From NCBI GenBank assembly GCA_015523055.1, contig WALD01000037.1, positions 1 to 31,318 of the forward strand: DNA of 31,318 nucleotides, written 5' to 3'. Numbering within the stretch: position 1 is the stretch's first letter; each line of letters starts with the position of its first letter. Source of the DNA: Candidatus Altiarchaeota archaeon (GTDB taxonomy: Archaea > Altiarchaeota > Altiarchaeia > IMC4 > QMZM01). Both the position numbers and the translations under genes were made by a program. Below are positions 16,618 through 27,649 of the stretch, in pieces. The notes beneath the pieces are model-generated. The model was given only the letters and a program-made list of their open reading frames with translations, searched no databases and was not told where the DNA came from.

Positions 16618-17305
16618 TGATATAGGGGTAACAGAATCAGAGAGTGAGGATCTGCTTGTTCCGCTGGACGACTATCTTCTGAATGGAGTGCACATTGGTC
16701 TGAGGTATAAGGTTGCCGATATGAATGAATTCATCTACAAGGTAAGACCTGATAAGCTTTCTGTTTTTGACGTAAAGAAGATAGACGAAAGACTCATGAT
16801 TGCAGCGCGATTTATCTCCAGATATAAACCTGACGAGGTTCTTGTCGTATCCAACAGGATTTATGGCAGGAAACCAAGTATGGAATTTGCAAAGTATACC
16901 GGCTGCAATGCGGTGAATAAACGGTTCGTCTCCGGGACACTAACAAACCCGAATATAGGGGATTACATTGAACCAAAGCTCCTTCTTGTCACCGACCCTA
17001 GCTCAGACCAGCAGGCTATAAAGGAGGCAAGACTGATGGGAATACCTGTCGTGGCGATATGCGATACAAACACAAGGATCAAGAACATAGATCTTATAAT
17101 TCCCTCCAATAACAAAGGGAAGAATTCTTTGGCTTTGATATACTGGATTCTTGCAAGGGAGGTTTTGAGGAACAGAGGGGTTAAGAAATTTGATGTAGAG
17201 TTTGAGAAATTCATCTCTAAGGCCGAGCCTCAACCCCACATACTGAAGATGCATGAAATCCAGAGGAGACAGAATAGAAAGAAAAAAAAGGGGGGGAGGA
17301 AGTAA
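16607..17305 (+). CDS. rps2: 30S ribosomal protein uS2
   Basis: [60 protein letters not shown]. Confidence 0.95.
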   Translation: MVDDDIGVTESESEDLLVPLDDYLLNGVHIGLRYKVADMNEFIYKVRPDKLSVFDVKKIDERLMIAARFISRYKPDEVLVVSNRIYGRKPSMEFAKYTGCNAVNKRFVSGTLTNPNIGDYIEPKLLLVTDPSSDQQAIKEARLMGIPVVAICDTNTRIKNIDLIIPSNNKGKNSLALIYWILAREVLRNRGVKKFDVEFEKFISKAEPQPHILKMHEIQRRQNRKKKKGGRK

Positions 17306-17426
17306 ATTCATTGAATTTGAGGTGAATAAAGGTTTTGGGGATGGAGAATAAACCCTATTTGTAATTTTCATTTTTTAAGTTAAACTTCCCAATACCCTAA
17401 GATTATCGAAGAATCTGGAGGTTACA

Positions 17427-19376
17427 ATGCCAAAAAGCATCGTTCAGAAGATTCTGGAGGGGCACCTCGTAGATGGAGAATATGAACCCGACAAGGAGAT
17501 TGGTATACGGATAGACCAGACCCTTACACAGGATGCGACTGGAACAATGGCCTATCTGCAGTTTGAGGCAATGGGTATTCCCAGGACAAAGGCGGAATTA
17601 TCTGTCAGTTATGTTGATCATAATACAGTCCAGATTGGTTTTGAAAACGCTGATGACCATAGATACCTGCAGACCATAGCTGCGAAATATGGGATTGTTT
17701 ATTCCCGAGCTGGTAATGGAATCTGCCATCAGGTGCATCTTGAGAGGTTCGGTAAGCCGGGCAAGACCCTCTTAGGAAGTGATTCCCATACCCCGACAGG
17801 GGGAGGAATAGGTATGATTGCCATCGGATCTGGTGGCCTTGATGTCGCCGTTGCAATGGCTGGTGGACCCTTCTATTTAACCGTTCCGAAAGTTATACGA
17901 ATTAATCTTCATGGAAAGTTGAAGCCATGGGTCGCTGCAAAGGATGTCGTCCTGAAGATGCTTGATATCTTCACCACCAAGGGAAACGTCGGCTGCGTTT
18001 TTGAGTATGGAGGGGATGGGGTCAAGAGTCTTTCCGTCCCTGAAAGAGCAACTATAACCAATATGGGAGCCGAGTGTGGGGTCACAACCTCGATATTTCC
18101 AAGCGATGAAATAACTCGGAAGTTTCTGAGGTCCCAGGGAAGGGAAGGTGATTGGATGGAACTCAATGCTGATGAAGGAGCAGAATACTACAAGACAATC
18201 GACATCAATCTGGACGAGATAGAACCCCTTGCAGCAACGCCACATAGTCCAGGTAACATCGAGAAGATCAGCAATCTTAAGGATATAGAGGTTGATCAGG
18301 TGTGTATAGGGAGTTGCACCAATTCATCATATAAGGATCTGATGACTGTTGCCCACATATTGGATGGAAGGACGACCCACCCAAATGTCAGTTTCGTTGT
18401 TGCCCCGGGATCAAGGCAGGTGTTGGAGAACATTTCCCGGGAAGGGGCACTAAGTAAACTAATATCTGCGGGGGCAAGAATAGCCGAATCCGCCTGCGGT
18501 TTTTGTATAGGAAACAGTCAATCGCCGGGAACAGACGCAGTATCGCTCAGGACGAGCAACCGCAATTTTCTTGGCCGTTCTGGAACAAAGAGTGCAAACG
18601 TATACCTTGTAAGCCCTGAAACTGCTGCTGCTGCCGTTATCACTGGCAAAATAACAGATCCAAGAGGCCTCGAAAACATGGGTATTGAATATCCTGATAT
18701 CAAGATGCCAGAAAAATTTTACATCAATGATAATATGTTCATCTTTCCGGGGTATGTGAAGGGCAATGTGGAGATCTACAGGGGTCCAAACATCGGGGAG
18801 CCGCCACAAAGCGAGCCCCTTGCCGAGACAATAGACGGAAAGGTCACGATAAAGGTTGGAGATAAGATAACCACAGACCACATAATTCCCGCAGGATCCA
18901 AGATGAAGTACCGCTCCAATGTCCCCAAGTATTCGGAATTTCTGTTCGAGATCGTGGACCCTGAATTCTACAAGAGAGCCATCGAGATAAGGGATAGCGG
19001 AAAGCACAACATAATAGTCGCTGGACTGAGCTACGGTCAGGGCTCATCAAGAGAACACGCAGCTTTATGCCCGATGTTCGTGGGGGTAAAGGCAGTAATT
19101 GCAATGTCCATAGAGAGAATCCACAACGCCAACCTCATAAACTTTGGCATAGTGCCTTTGTTATTCAAGAATAAAAAGGACTATGAGGACATAGAGCAGG
19201 GTGACGAGTTAGAGATACCAGATATCAAAAAAATCATACAGGATGGCGGCTCATTAATAGTGAGGAACAAATCAAAGGGGACGGAGTTTGAGGTCGATTA
19301 CAACCTCTCGGACAGGGAGAAGCAAATCCTTCTCGCGGGAGGAACGCTCGCATACATGAAACAGCAGGGAGGATAA
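17427..19376 (+). CDS. acn: Aconitate hydratase (compact, Aquifex-type-like)
   Basis: TLTQDATG, DHN, GICHQV, GSDSHT, [4Fe-4S] ligands in GSCTNSS and ACGFCIG, NRNF, TTDHIIPAG, YGQGSSREHAA. RBS GGAGG upstream. Confidence 0.9.
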   Translation: MPKSIVQKILEGHLVDGEYEPDKEIGIRIDQTLTQDATGTMAYLQFEAMGIPRTKAELSVSYVDHNTVQIGFENADDHRYLQTIAAKYGIVYSRAGNGICHQVHLERFGKPGKTLLGSDSHTPTGGGIGMIAIGSGGLDVAVAMAGGPFYLTVPKVIRINLHGKLKPWVAAKDVVLKMLDIFTTKGNVGCVFEYGGDGVKSLSVPERATITNMGAECGVTTSIFPSDEITRKFLRSQGREGDWMELNADEGAEYYKTIDINLDEIEPLAATPHSPGNIEKISNLKDIEVDQVCIGSCTNSSYKDLMTVAHILDGRTTHPNVSFVVAPGSRQVLENISREGALSKLISAGARIAESACGFCIGNSQSPGTDAVSLRTSNRNFLGRSGTKSANVYLVSPETAAAAVITGKITDPRGLENMGIEYPDIKMPEKFYINDNMFIFPGYVKGNVEIYRGPNIGEPPQSEPLAETIDGKVTIKVGDKITTDHIIPAGSKMKYRSNVPKYSEFLFEIVDPEFYKRAIEIRDSGKHNIIVAGLSYGQGSSREHAALCPMFVGVKAVIAMSIERIHNANLINFGIVPLLFKNKKDYEDIEQGDELEIPDIKKIIQDGGSLIVRNKSKGTEFEVDYNLSDREKQILLAGGTLAYMKQQGG

Positions 19377-19378
19377 AA

Positions 19379-20653
19379 ATGGCACAGAGAGGCATAAGGG
19401 AATTTGATGGCAAGAAGATGCTTGCGAGATACTGGGGGGAGTATATCAGCAAGGATCTCTCCTTCCCTGGAAGGATTGTTCTGGTTGACCCGGAAACTAA
19501 ATTAGACGATTTACCCAATGAGTATTCCTGGCTTAAAAAAGAGAAACTGGTGGTCAAGCCCGATCAACTTTTTGGTAAGCGGGGCAAGCATGGCCTGATT
19601 GCGGCAAACGTAAGCTTTGAAGAGGCAAAGGAGTGGATTGCCGAGAGAATGAATAAGAAGACCACTATTGGAGGGGTGACCGGCACACTTACCCACTTTA
19701 TTATAGAGCCCTACATCCCACACGACAAAGAATTCTACATCGCTATCAAGAGTGTAAGAGAGGGCGACACGATATACTTCTCAAACCATGGGGGTGTTGA
19801 TATAGAATCCGTATGGGATACTGTTGCTGAGATTAATGTAGGGGTGATGGAAGACATCGATAAGATAAATATTGAAGACAAACTTCCAAAGGACACTCCC
19901 AATGAAAATAAAAGGGTGCTTGCCGACTTCATCAGGGGCCTGTTTAGGTTCTATCGGAACCTGGGCTATGCCTATCTGGAGATTAACCCCTTTGTAATCT
20001 CCGGTAAGGATATCGTCCCTCTGGATCTAGTAGCAAGGCTCGACGACACCGCCGTTTTTGAATTTGGTAGTAAATGGGGGGACATCAGATTCCCCGCCCC
20101 CTTTGGGAGGAATATATCTAAGGAGGAGGCCTACATAAAGAAGATGGATGCAAAGAGCGGCGCCTCCCTGAAACTAACGATTCTGAACCCCAAAGGTAGG
20201 ATCTGGACGATGGTCGCGGGCGGAGGAAGCAGCGTTATCTATGCAGATACCATAGTTGACCTAGGTTACAGTGATGAGCTTGCGAACTATGGGGAGTACA
20301 GCGGGAACCCATCAACTGACGAAACATATGAATATGCAAAGACAGTTATTGATTTAATGACAAGGGAGAGGGATATAAAAGGCCGCCCAAAGTTTCTGTT
20401 GATTGGAGGAGGGATTGCAAATTTCACCGATGTGGCAAAAACATTCAAAGGTATCATAATGGCGTTGCGAGAGTATAAGGAGAAACTGAAAAAAGTCGGT
20501 GTAAAGATTTACGTGCGGCGAGGGGGACCAAACTATCGGGAGGGATTGAAGAATATGAAGAAACTCGGTGAGGAGTTAGGGGTTCCAATTGAGGTTTATG
20601 GACCCGAGACCCATATGACCAGAATCGTTAATATGGCACTTGAGGGAAGTTAA
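19379..20653 (+). CDS. aclB: ATP-citrate lyase, small subunit (ATP-grasp plus citrate-binding)
   Basis: KPDQLFGKRGK, YLEINP, WTMVAGGGSSVIYAD, ANYGEYSG, IGGGIANFTDVAKTF, RRGGPNY. Confidence 0.92.
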   Translation: MAQRGIREFDGKKMLARYWGEYISKDLSFPGRIVLVDPETKLDDLPNEYSWLKKEKLVVKPDQLFGKRGKHGLIAANVSFEEAKEWIAERMNKKTTIGGVTGTLTHFIIEPYIPHDKEFYIAIKSVREGDTIYFSNHGGVDIESVWDTVAEINVGVMEDIDKINIEDKLPKDTPNENKRVLADFIRGLFRFYRNLGYAYLEINPFVISGKDIVPLDLVARLDDTAVFEFGSKWGDIRFPAPFGRNISKEEAYIKKMDAKSGASLKLTILNPKGRIWTMVAGGGSSVIYADTIVDLGYSDELANYGEYSGNPSTDETYEYAKTVIDLMTRERDIKGRPKFLLIGGGIANFTDVAKTFKGIIMALREYKEKLKKVGVKIYVRRGGPNYREGLKNMKKLGEELGVPIEVYGPETHMTRIVNMALEGS

Positions 20654-22531
20654 ATGGCAATAAAGGCGAAAAAGAAACCGGATTATGTCTTAATGGACAA
20701 AGATACCAAGGCAATTGTTTTTGGCTATCAACAGAATGCCGTCCAGCGGATGCTTGACTTTGACTACATATGCCGAAGAAAGGATCCCTCTGTCGTGGCT
20801 ATTGTCAATCCAACTCGCGACGGTCTTCATAAGTGTTTCTGGGGAACGAAGGAGATCCAAGTGCCCATGTATAAAACACTTGAACAGGCGACAAAAAAAC
20901 ATCCCGATGCCGATGTGATGGTAAATTTTGCATCAATGCGCTCTGCGTATCCAAGCACAAAGGAAGCATTGGAATCTGAAACAATCCGCACTGTTGCAAT
21001 CATTGCTGAAGGGGTTCCGGAGCACAGGACAAAGGAGCTGATTAAGATAGCCAAGGACAGGAACAAATGGATTATCGGCCCCGCAACAGTCGGTGGCATA
21101 GTTGCAGGGGGATTCAAAATAGGAAACACAGCAGGGATGCTGGACAACATCATTGCCTCAAAGCTCTATCGACCGGGGAGCGTAGCGTATGTTTCAAAAT
21201 CTGGCGGACTCTCTAATGAGTTGAATAACATCATTGCAAATAATACCGATGGGGTATACGAAGGAATTGCAATAGGTGGCGACCGTTATCCCGGCTCAAC
21301 ATTTCTTGACCATCTCTTGAGATATGAAAAGAACCCCAGGATTAAGATGATGGTCATGCTTGGCGAGGTTGGAGGAACTGATGAGTATGATGTGATAGAA
21401 GCGGTGAAGGAAGGGAAGATCAAGAAACCACTCGTTGCATGGTGCATTGGAACCTGTTCAAAGGTATTTCCGGCAGATATTCAGTTTGGTCACGCAGGGG
21501 CAAGAGCAGGGGCGGAGAAAGAGACTGCCGACGCAAAAAATAAGGCTCTGAAGGGGGTTGGAGTTATTGTTCCAGATACGTTTGATGACTTTGACAAGAG
21601 AATCAAGGAAACATTCGACATGCTTGTGAGATCAGGGAAGCACACACCACTGCCCGATGTAGAGCCACCTAAAATACCGATCGATTACGCTGTTGCCCTT
21701 AAAGAAGGAATCATCAGAAAGCCGACACAGTTTGTCAGCACGATATCTGATGACCGGGGAGAAGAGCTTCGATATTGTGGAATTCCCATTAGCAGGATTT
21801 TTGAGGAGGGATGGGGGCTTGGAGGTGTCATTGGCCTGTTATGGTTTAAGAAGAAGCTTCCAAAATGGGCGACTGAATTCATTGAGATGGTCGTTCTCGT
21901 TACAGCGGACCACGGTCCCGCTGTTTCAGGGGCACACAATGCGATTGTTGCTGCCAGAGCAGGAAAGGACCTTGTTTCCTCCCTTGCAAGCGGTCTGCTG
22001 ACAATTGGGCCAAGATTCGGAGGCGCCGTTCAGGGATCGGCAGACCATTTCACAACCTACCTGTACCAGGGCTCAGATCCCGCCTTCATGGTAAAGGACA
22101 TGAAAGATAAGAACATAAACATTCAGGGGATAGGGCACAGAATTAAATCAGTTACAAATCCTGATGTAAGGGTCGAGATATTGAAGAAATATGTAAAAAA
22201 GAATTTTCCCATAACAGAAACTCTGGACTATGCACTGGATGTTGAGAAGCTTACAACCGCAAAAAGGAACAATCTGATACTTAATGTTGATGGTTGTATA
22301 GGTGTTTCATTTTGCGACATGCTGAGGAGCATCGGCTACAGCAGAGAGGAGGTGCGTGAATTCGTAGATCTTGGCATCCTCAATGCATTGTTCGTGGTAG
22401 GGAGGAGCATCGGCTTCATAGGTCATATCATAGACCAGAAACGGCAGAAGGCAGGCCTGTACCGGCATCCATGGGATGATATATTATATGCGATGCCTGA
22501 TAAACCAGACGAGGTGAAAAGGGATGGATGA
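20654..22531 (+). CDS. aclA: ATP-citrate lyase, large subunit (CoA-binding, phospho-His, citryl-CoA lyase domains)
   Basis: [29 protein letters not shown] (phospho-His), [34 protein letters not shown]. Confidence 0.92.
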   Translation: MAIKAKKKPDYVLMDKDTKAIVFGYQQNAVQRMLDFDYICRRKDPSVVAIVNPTRDGLHKCFWGTKEIQVPMYKTLEQATKKHPDADVMVNFASMRSAYPSTKEALESETIRTVAIIAEGVPEHRTKELIKIAKDRNKWIIGPATVGGIVAGGFKIGNTAGMLDNIIASKLYRPGSVAYVSKSGGLSNELNNIIANNTDGVYEGIAIGGDRYPGSTFLDHLLRYEKNPRIKMMVMLGEVGGTDEYDVIEAVKEGKIKKPLVAWCIGTCSKVFPADIQFGHAGARAGAEKETADAKNKALKGVGVIVPDTFDDFDKRIKETFDMLVRSGKHTPLPDVEPPKIPIDYAVALKEGIIRKPTQFVSTISDDRGEELRYCGIPISRIFEEGWGLGGVIGLLWFKKKLPKWATEFIEMVVLVTADHGPAVSGAHNAIVAARAGKDLVSSLASGLLTIGPRFGGAVQGSADHFTTYLYQGSDPAFMVKDMKDKNINIQGIGHRIKSVTNPDVRVEILKKYVKKNFPITETLDYALDVEKLTTAKRNNLILNVDGCIGVSFCDMLRSIGYSREEVREFVDLGILNALFVVGRSIGFIGHIIDQKRQKAGLYRHPWDDILYAMPDKPDEVKRDG

Positions 22532-23723
22532 GTATATTGAAAAGGCAAAGGAACATTTTGGAAATATCCTTAAGGAACAGCTTGAAAGGGTTGAGAGGAT
22601 GAAGTCCGGGGATGACTGGATAGATTACAAATCACTGAAACCGATTATAATCGGTGTTGTAGGGGGTGATGGCATCGGTCCAATGATTTGTGAACATGCC
22701 CACAGGATTTTGGAGTTCCTGCTCAGGGATGAAGTGGAAAATGGAAAAATCGAATTCAGGGTGATAGAGGGTCTCACCATAGATAATCGCGCCAGAGTTA
22801 TGAAGTCCATACCAGACGACGTTCTTGAGGAGATAAAGAACTGCCATGTGATATTGAAAGGCCCTACCACCACCCCAAAGAAGGGGGATCCATGGCCCAA
22901 TATTGAGAGTGCCAACGTTTCTATGAGAAAACATCTTGACCTATTTGCAAACATCAGGCCAGTCAAGGTGCCAGAGAAGAACATAGACTGGATGTTCTTC
23001 AGGGAGAATACAGAGGGGGCATACGTCCTTGGAAGCCAGGGTGTAAACGTGACTGATGATCTTGCAGTGGACTTCAAGGTGATTACGACACAGGGTTCTG
23101 ATAGGATTATCCGTCTTGCATTCGACTACGCGAAGAAGAACAATATTAATAGGGTAACGGTAGTAACTAAGGCAAACGTTATAAAAACCACAGACGGAAA
23201 GTTCCTTCAGATTGCAGAGGATGTTGCGAAGGAATACCCAGGTATTGAGTGGGATGACTGGTTTATCGACATTATGACTGCAAAGCTGATAGACCCAGCG
23301 AGGGCGAGTCAGTTCAGGGTTGTTGTGATGCCGAATCTTTATGGTGACATTCTGACCGATGAGGCAGCCCAGCTGCAGGGTGGAGTTGGGACGGCAGGGG
23401 GAGCAAACATCGGGAAGAGGTATGCGATGTTTGAGGCAATTCACGGCTCTGCTCCACGAATGGTTGAGGAGGGCCGGGCACAGTACGCCGACCCATCCAG
23501 CATCATCAAGGCAGGTTCAATGCTTCTGAACCACATTGGCTACATCGAGCAATCCAGGAGACTGGACATGGCCCTTGAGATATGTGGCCAGTACGAGATG
23601 AAGTTCAGGGTGACCGGTCGCTCCGATGGTGCAACCGGAGAAGAATATGCCAGGTACATAATGGACACACTTCAGGACCCGGATCTGGAAAGTAAGTGGC
23701 AGAGCTATCAGGGGGAGAAGTAG
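22524..23723 (+). CDS. icd: Isocitrate dehydrogenase (isocitrate/isopropylmalate dehydrogenase family)
   Basis: [31 protein letters not shown] (S-x-N is typical of isocitrate specificity), [23 protein letters not shown]. Coupled to aclA. Confidence 0.8.
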   Translation: MDEYIEKAKEHFGNILKEQLERVERMKSGDDWIDYKSLKPIIIGVVGGDGIGPMICEHAHRILEFLLRDEVENGKIEFRVIEGLTIDNRARVMKSIPDDVLEEIKNCHVILKGPTTTPKKGDPWPNIESANVSMRKHLDLFANIRPVKVPEKNIDWMFFRENTEGAYVLGSQGVNVTDDLAVDFKVITTQGSDRIIRLAFDYAKKNNINRVTVVTKANVIKTTDGKFLQIAEDVAKEYPGIEWDDWFIDIMTAKLIDPARASQFRVVVMPNLYGDILTDEAAQLQGGVGTAGGANIGKRYAMFEAIHGSAPRMVEEGRAQYADPSSIIKAGSMLLNHIGYIEQSRRLDMALEICGQYEMKFRVTGRSDGATGEEYARYIMDTLQDPDLESKWQSYQGEK

Positions 23724-23765
23724 ACCTCTCCCCTTTTGGATAGTGCTGGTTGCCTCCCCAAGACT

Positions 23766-24914
23766 CTAGTTGTACTCTGCATTAAGCTTTACATATCTGG
23801 GTGTAAGGTCGCAACCAAATGCAGTGGCACGGGCCTTGCCTGAATTGAGATCAACGAGAATTCTTATTTCCTTGCCCTTGAGAATCTTCTCCACCTTCTT
23901 TAAATCATTTACCTTACCCCGCTTCACAGCCACTGCTTTGCCTCTCTCTGATTGGAATTCTATATCTGTCTTTTCAAAATTCAGTTCCATGACTGAGCCA
24001 AGAGAAGACACAATTCTGCCCCAGTTTGGGTTCTCCCCATAAACGGCTGCCTTTACGAGATTTGATGATACGACTGCTTTAGCGCCCCTTCTCGCGGTTT
24101 CGTTATCAACAGCGCCAGAAACCTCCACCTCAATAAATTTTGTTGAAGACTCGCCGTCCTTTGCAAGCATCTTCGCCAGAACCATTGTGGCATAATCCAA
24201 CACTACTTCAAAATCCTCTGCTTTGCAGTCAAAACTCTCATTGCTGAGCAACAGAACAGTATCGTTGGTGCTCATGTCTCCATCAATGGAAAGCATGTTA
24301 AAACTATTCTCAATACTCTTTGCAAGAGCATCCTGCAGTTCTTCTCTGCCAAGATTGGCGTTTGTTGTGAGAAAGCAAAGCATCGTTGCCATATTCGGAG
24401 CAATCATTCCTGCACCCTTTGCTATTCCACCTATTTTTATACCCTTGAATTCAAGAGATATTTCCTTTGGGAGGGTATCGGTGGTCATGATTGCCTCTGC
24501 TGCAAGATGGCTTCCCGCCTCTGAGAGATTCTTACCTGCCTCCCTGATTAGTTTTCCGATAACCTCAATATCCAGTTCCTTTCCGATAATCCCTGTAGAG
24601 GCAACAGCAACATTATCCGGGTCCATACCCAATTCCTCTGCTGCTATCTCGCACATTTTTTCGGCGTCATTCAGAGCATTTTTAGTGCAGCAGTTGGCGT
24701 TTCCAGAATTCACTATGATTGCCTGAATTCCACTTTCCAATTTCTTTCTATCCAGTAAGATATGGGCAGCTTTGACATTATTTCTGGTAAATACCCCCAC
24801 ACTTTTACATAGATCGTCGTTTACGATAAGGGCAACCCCCTGATTACCTATCTTCAAACCAGAAGCCTTAAAGTTATCTATGCATATCCCATCCTTGTTT
24901 TTTTTTATATCCAC
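23766..24914 (-). CDS. argJ: Ornithine acetyltransferase / bifunctional ArgJ
   Basis: NSGNAN, VASTGIIG, IMTTDT, AKGAGMIAPNMATML (autocleavage Thr), DGDMSTND, NPNWGRI. Confidence 0.93.
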   Translation of the reverse strand: MDIKKNKDGICIDNFKASGLKIGNQGVALIVNDDLCKSVGVFTRNNVKAAHILLDRKKLESGIQAIIVNSGNANCCTKNALNDAEKMCEIAAEELGMDPDNVAVASTGIIGKELDIEVIGKLIREAGKNLSEAGSHLAAEAIMTTDTLPKEISLEFKGIKIGGIAKGAGMIAPNMATMLCFLTTNANLGREELQDALAKSIENSFNMLSIDGDMSTNDTVLLLSNESFDCKAEDFEVVLDYATMVLAKMLAKDGESSTKFIEVEVSGAVDNETARRGAKAVVSSNLVKAAVYGENPNWGRIVSSLGSVMELNFEKTDIEFQSERGKAVAVKRGKVNDLKKVEKILKGKEIRILVDLNSGKARATAFGCDLTPRYVKLNAEYN

Positions 24915-24953
24915 AGCAATTATTAAACTTTTGATAGGATATCTTTATATATT

Positions 24954-26318
24954 ATGAAGCCCCGTCATGAGTGTGCGGTCTTTGGTATAAAAGCAGATTC
25001 TGCAGTTTTTGATAAGATATATCTTGGTCTTTATTCCATGCAGCACCGTGGTCAGGAATCTGCAGGGATTGCAACCCGGGATGACAGGATCAAACTACAT
25101 AGAGATATGGGCCTCGTTTCCGAGGTCTTCAAAAACGTTTATCTTGAAGGAAACTCGGGGATTGGTCATGTCAGGTATTCAACAACCGGTGAGTCAGGAA
25201 TAGAGAACGCCCAACCCTTGCTAATAAACTATGCAAGGGGAAGTTTTGCTATCGCCCACAATGGAAATCTGATAAATTCCAGGGAGTTGAGAGATGAATT
25301 AGAGAAGAAGGGCAGCGTTTTTACTACGACTACAGATACCGAGATCATAGCTCAGCTTATAGTGCAGGAGCATCTAAAGAGCGAAGGGTTTATGGAAGGG
25401 TTGAGGAAGGCGATAAAGCAGCTTAGAGGTGCATACTGTCTCGTCATCCTAAAGGACGAGGAGATTATAGCCATAAGGGATCCATGGGCGATTCATCCTC
25501 TGGTTCTCGGGAAGTCAAGGGATAGCTATGTCGTAGCTTCAGAGAGCTGCGCTCTTGACACGATTGGTATACCTGTCCTGAGGGATATAAGACCAGGAGA
25601 GATTCTCGTCATAGGGAATGAAGTGAAATCATACTCTATTGGTAAGGAGAGTATATCCCATTGTGTATTTGAGTATGTATATTTTGCAAGGGCTGACTCT
25701 CTCCTGAATGGAATTAATGTTTATGATGTCAGAAAGAATCTTGGCAGAATACTATACAGAGAGGCGCCTGTAGATGCAGACATCATCACTGCGGTTCCTG
25801 ATTCTGGCATTACAACTGCAATCGGTTATGCTGAGGAGTCAAAAATTCCCTATGGAGAGAGCCTGATGAAGAACCGTTATCTGGGGAGGACATTTATAAT
25901 GCCAGAGCAGAAGGAGAGAGAGCAGGGAGTTAAGCTAAAGCTCAATCCGATAAAGAGCGAGATAAAGGGTAAGAAGATAATTCTTGTAGATGATTCAATA
26001 GTCAGGGGAACGACGATAAGAAATCTGATAAATCTCCTGAGGAGGGCAGGGGCAAAGGAGGTTCATGTGAGGATATCCTGTCCTCCAGTGAAGCACCCGT
26101 GTTTCTATGGAATTGACATGCAAAGAGAGGATGAATTTATAGCGGCTCGAAAATCAGTTAAGGAGATATGTGAGGAGATTGGCGCTGATTCCCTTGCTTA
26201 TACGAGTCTTGAGGGCTTAATAAAAGCGATTGGAATTCCCAAAAAGAATTTATGCCTCGCATGCCTTAACGGAGAATATCCAATAAAGGAGGAGCAAACG
26301 AAACTGAAGGTTGGATAA
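24954..26318 (+). CDS. purF: Amidophosphoribosyltransferase
   Basis: Propeptide then Cys (RHE|C), QHRGQESAG, GHVRYST, HNGNL, PRPP motif VDDSIVRGTT, CFYGID, CLAC. Confidence 0.95.
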   Translation: MKPRHECAVFGIKADSAVFDKIYLGLYSMQHRGQESAGIATRDDRIKLHRDMGLVSEVFKNVYLEGNSGIGHVRYSTTGESGIENAQPLLINYARGSFAIAHNGNLINSRELRDELEKKGSVFTTTTDTEIIAQLIVQEHLKSEGFMEGLRKAIKQLRGAYCLVILKDEEIIAIRDPWAIHPLVLGKSRDSYVVASESCALDTIGIPVLRDIRPGEILVIGNEVKSYSIGKESISHCVFEYVYFARADSLLNGINVYDVRKNLGRILYREAPVDADIITAVPDSGITTAIGYAEESKIPYGESLMKNRYLGRTFIMPEQKEREQGVKLKLNPIKSEIKGKKIILVDDSIVRGTTIRNLINLLRRAGAKEVHVRISCPPVKHPCFYGIDMQREDEFIAARKSVKEICEEIGADSLAYTSLEGLIKAIGIPKKNLCLACLNGEYPIKEEQTKLKVG

Positions 26319-26327
26319 TTGAAGAAT

Positions 26328-27005
26328 TCATCCCAACCCGCTAACCAGATCCATAAGAACAGCTCTTGGGTTCTTTGCCTTTATAACTCCAGAGGCAAGG
26401 AGTACCCCACATGCTCCAAGCTCTATGGCCTTCTTCACATCCTCTCCGGTTGAAATCCCAGCACCACAGAGAACACCAACATCTGGATTTAGATTCTTTA
26501 CTGCATCCACCGAGCCACTAATTATCTCCGGTCGTGTCTTTGAAACCGAGATACCAGAGCCAATCAGCTCCGGGGGCTCTATGGCCACGAAATCAGGGCC
26601 CATGGTAGCAGTAGCCTTTGTAACCTCAACATTGTTGGTGCATACAATAGAGACCATATCCAGCTCCCTTATCCTCCTGATATCTGCTTCGATATCTGAC
26701 AGCTTTAATCGCCTCTCTGAGTGGTTTATCAAACTTCCGACTGCTCCTGCAGCCTTAATAGATTCTGGAAGGATATACCCAGTATTGCTGCCAGGTTTTA
26801 CATTATCTATGTGTTGCGAATAGACAGGAATTTCAACAGCCTGTGATATCCTGTATATGTCTGTTAGCTGAGGGATTACTACTATCCTGGCATTCGTTTC
26901 CCTGGCAACCTCATCGCAGATTTTTGCAAGATTTAATGCTTTATCACCCGTCGACTCTTCATAGGTCTTGAAATTCAGGATTATATACTCTCTCATTAAC
27001 ATCAC
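26328..27005 (-). CDS. tpiA: Triosephosphate isomerase, archaeal type
   Basis: NFKTY, NHSERR, EPPELIG, GAGIS, LLASG. 225 aa. Confidence 0.95.
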   Translation of the reverse strand: MMLMREYIILNFKTYEESTGDKALNLAKICDEVARETNARIVVIPQLTDIYRISQAVEIPVYSQHIDNVKPGSNTGYILPESIKAAGAVGSLINHSERRLKLSDIEADIRRIRELDMVSIVCTNNVEVTKATATMGPDFVAIEPPELIGSGISVSKTRPEIISGSVDAVKNLNPDVGVLCGAGISTGEDVKKAIELGACGVLLASGVIKAKNPRAVLMDLVSGLG

Positions 27006-27173
27006 CTTCTGGATACTAATACTTTGTCGTGCTTACTTATATCTTTACACCCTATATTGGGGGTCAATACAGCCCGGAACCTTATGGTTATACTAAATTT
27101 AATGATTGATTGCATATATCCTTTATTACATACGTCCGGGTAGTTCAGGGGGGATCGTAGGTTCTCACACTAT

Positions 27174-27246
27174 GCGTCCATAGTCTAGTCTGGTAGGACT
27201 TCGGCCTTCCAAGCCGATAACTCGGGTTCAAATCCCGATGGGCGCA
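27174..27246 (+). tRNA. tRNA-Gly(UCC)
   Basis: GCGTCCA/TGGGCGC acceptor, TCGGC-CTTCCAA-GCCGA anticodon arm, TTCAAAT T-loop. Confidence 0.95.
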
Positions 27247-27269
27247 AACTCAAACGTCAGTTAATATAA

Positions 27270-27446
27270 CTACTCTTTTCTCTCCCCTCCGTTTTCCTTG
27301 CGGGGGGTATAGTGATTACATAGTCTTGCATAATCCCCCGTTATAACGATATTAAAACACTTGCAGAAATTTGCCGGAACCGAGTCCAGTTTTTTGCAAT
27401 ATTTGCAGTCATTACAGCTCCTTATCTCTTTCTCATATATACCCAT
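27270..27446 (-). CDS. Small Cys-rich protein (58 aa), putative metal-binding
   Basis: MGIYEKEIRSCNDCKYC...FCKC...LCNHY. The longer ORF-track version is a shadow of tRNA-Gln, so the start is moved to ATG 27446. Confidence 0.6.
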   Translation of the reverse strand: MGIYEKEIRSCNDCKYCKKLDSVPANFCKCFNIVITGDYARLCNHYTPRKENGGERKE

Positions 27447-27503
27447 TTTGCTCTTATCGGGTCTATATTTTAATATCTTAGTCAAGATTAATATATGTCT
27501 GAA

Positions 27504-27576
27504 AGCCCCGTAGGGTAGTGGACAATCCTGTAAGGCTTTGGACCTTACGACGGAGGTTCGAATCCTCCCGGGGCTA
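27504..27576 (+). tRNA. tRNA-Gln(UUG)
   Basis: AGCCCCG/CGGGGCT acceptor, TAAGG-CTTTGGA-CCTTA anticodon arm, TTCGAAT T-loop. Confidence 0.95.
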
Positions 27577-27607
27577 AACAGCTCGCTCCGTTTACACGCG
27601 GGCGATA

Positions 27608-27638
27608 ATGAGGGGGGAACTGTAGGTTCAACCCTCAT
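27608..27638. terminator. Hairpin between convergent tRNA-Gln and smc
   Basis: ATGAGGG..GAAC-TGTAG-GTTC..CCCTCAT. Terminator role is inferred from position only. Confidence 0.3.
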
Positions 27639-27649
27639 GTTCAAATTCT

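Noticed and set aside
27447-27644. Upstream part of the 124-aa ORF-track call 27270..27644
   Set aside because: It is the antisense shadow of tRNA-Gln; only the Cys-rich part from ATG 27446 is retained.
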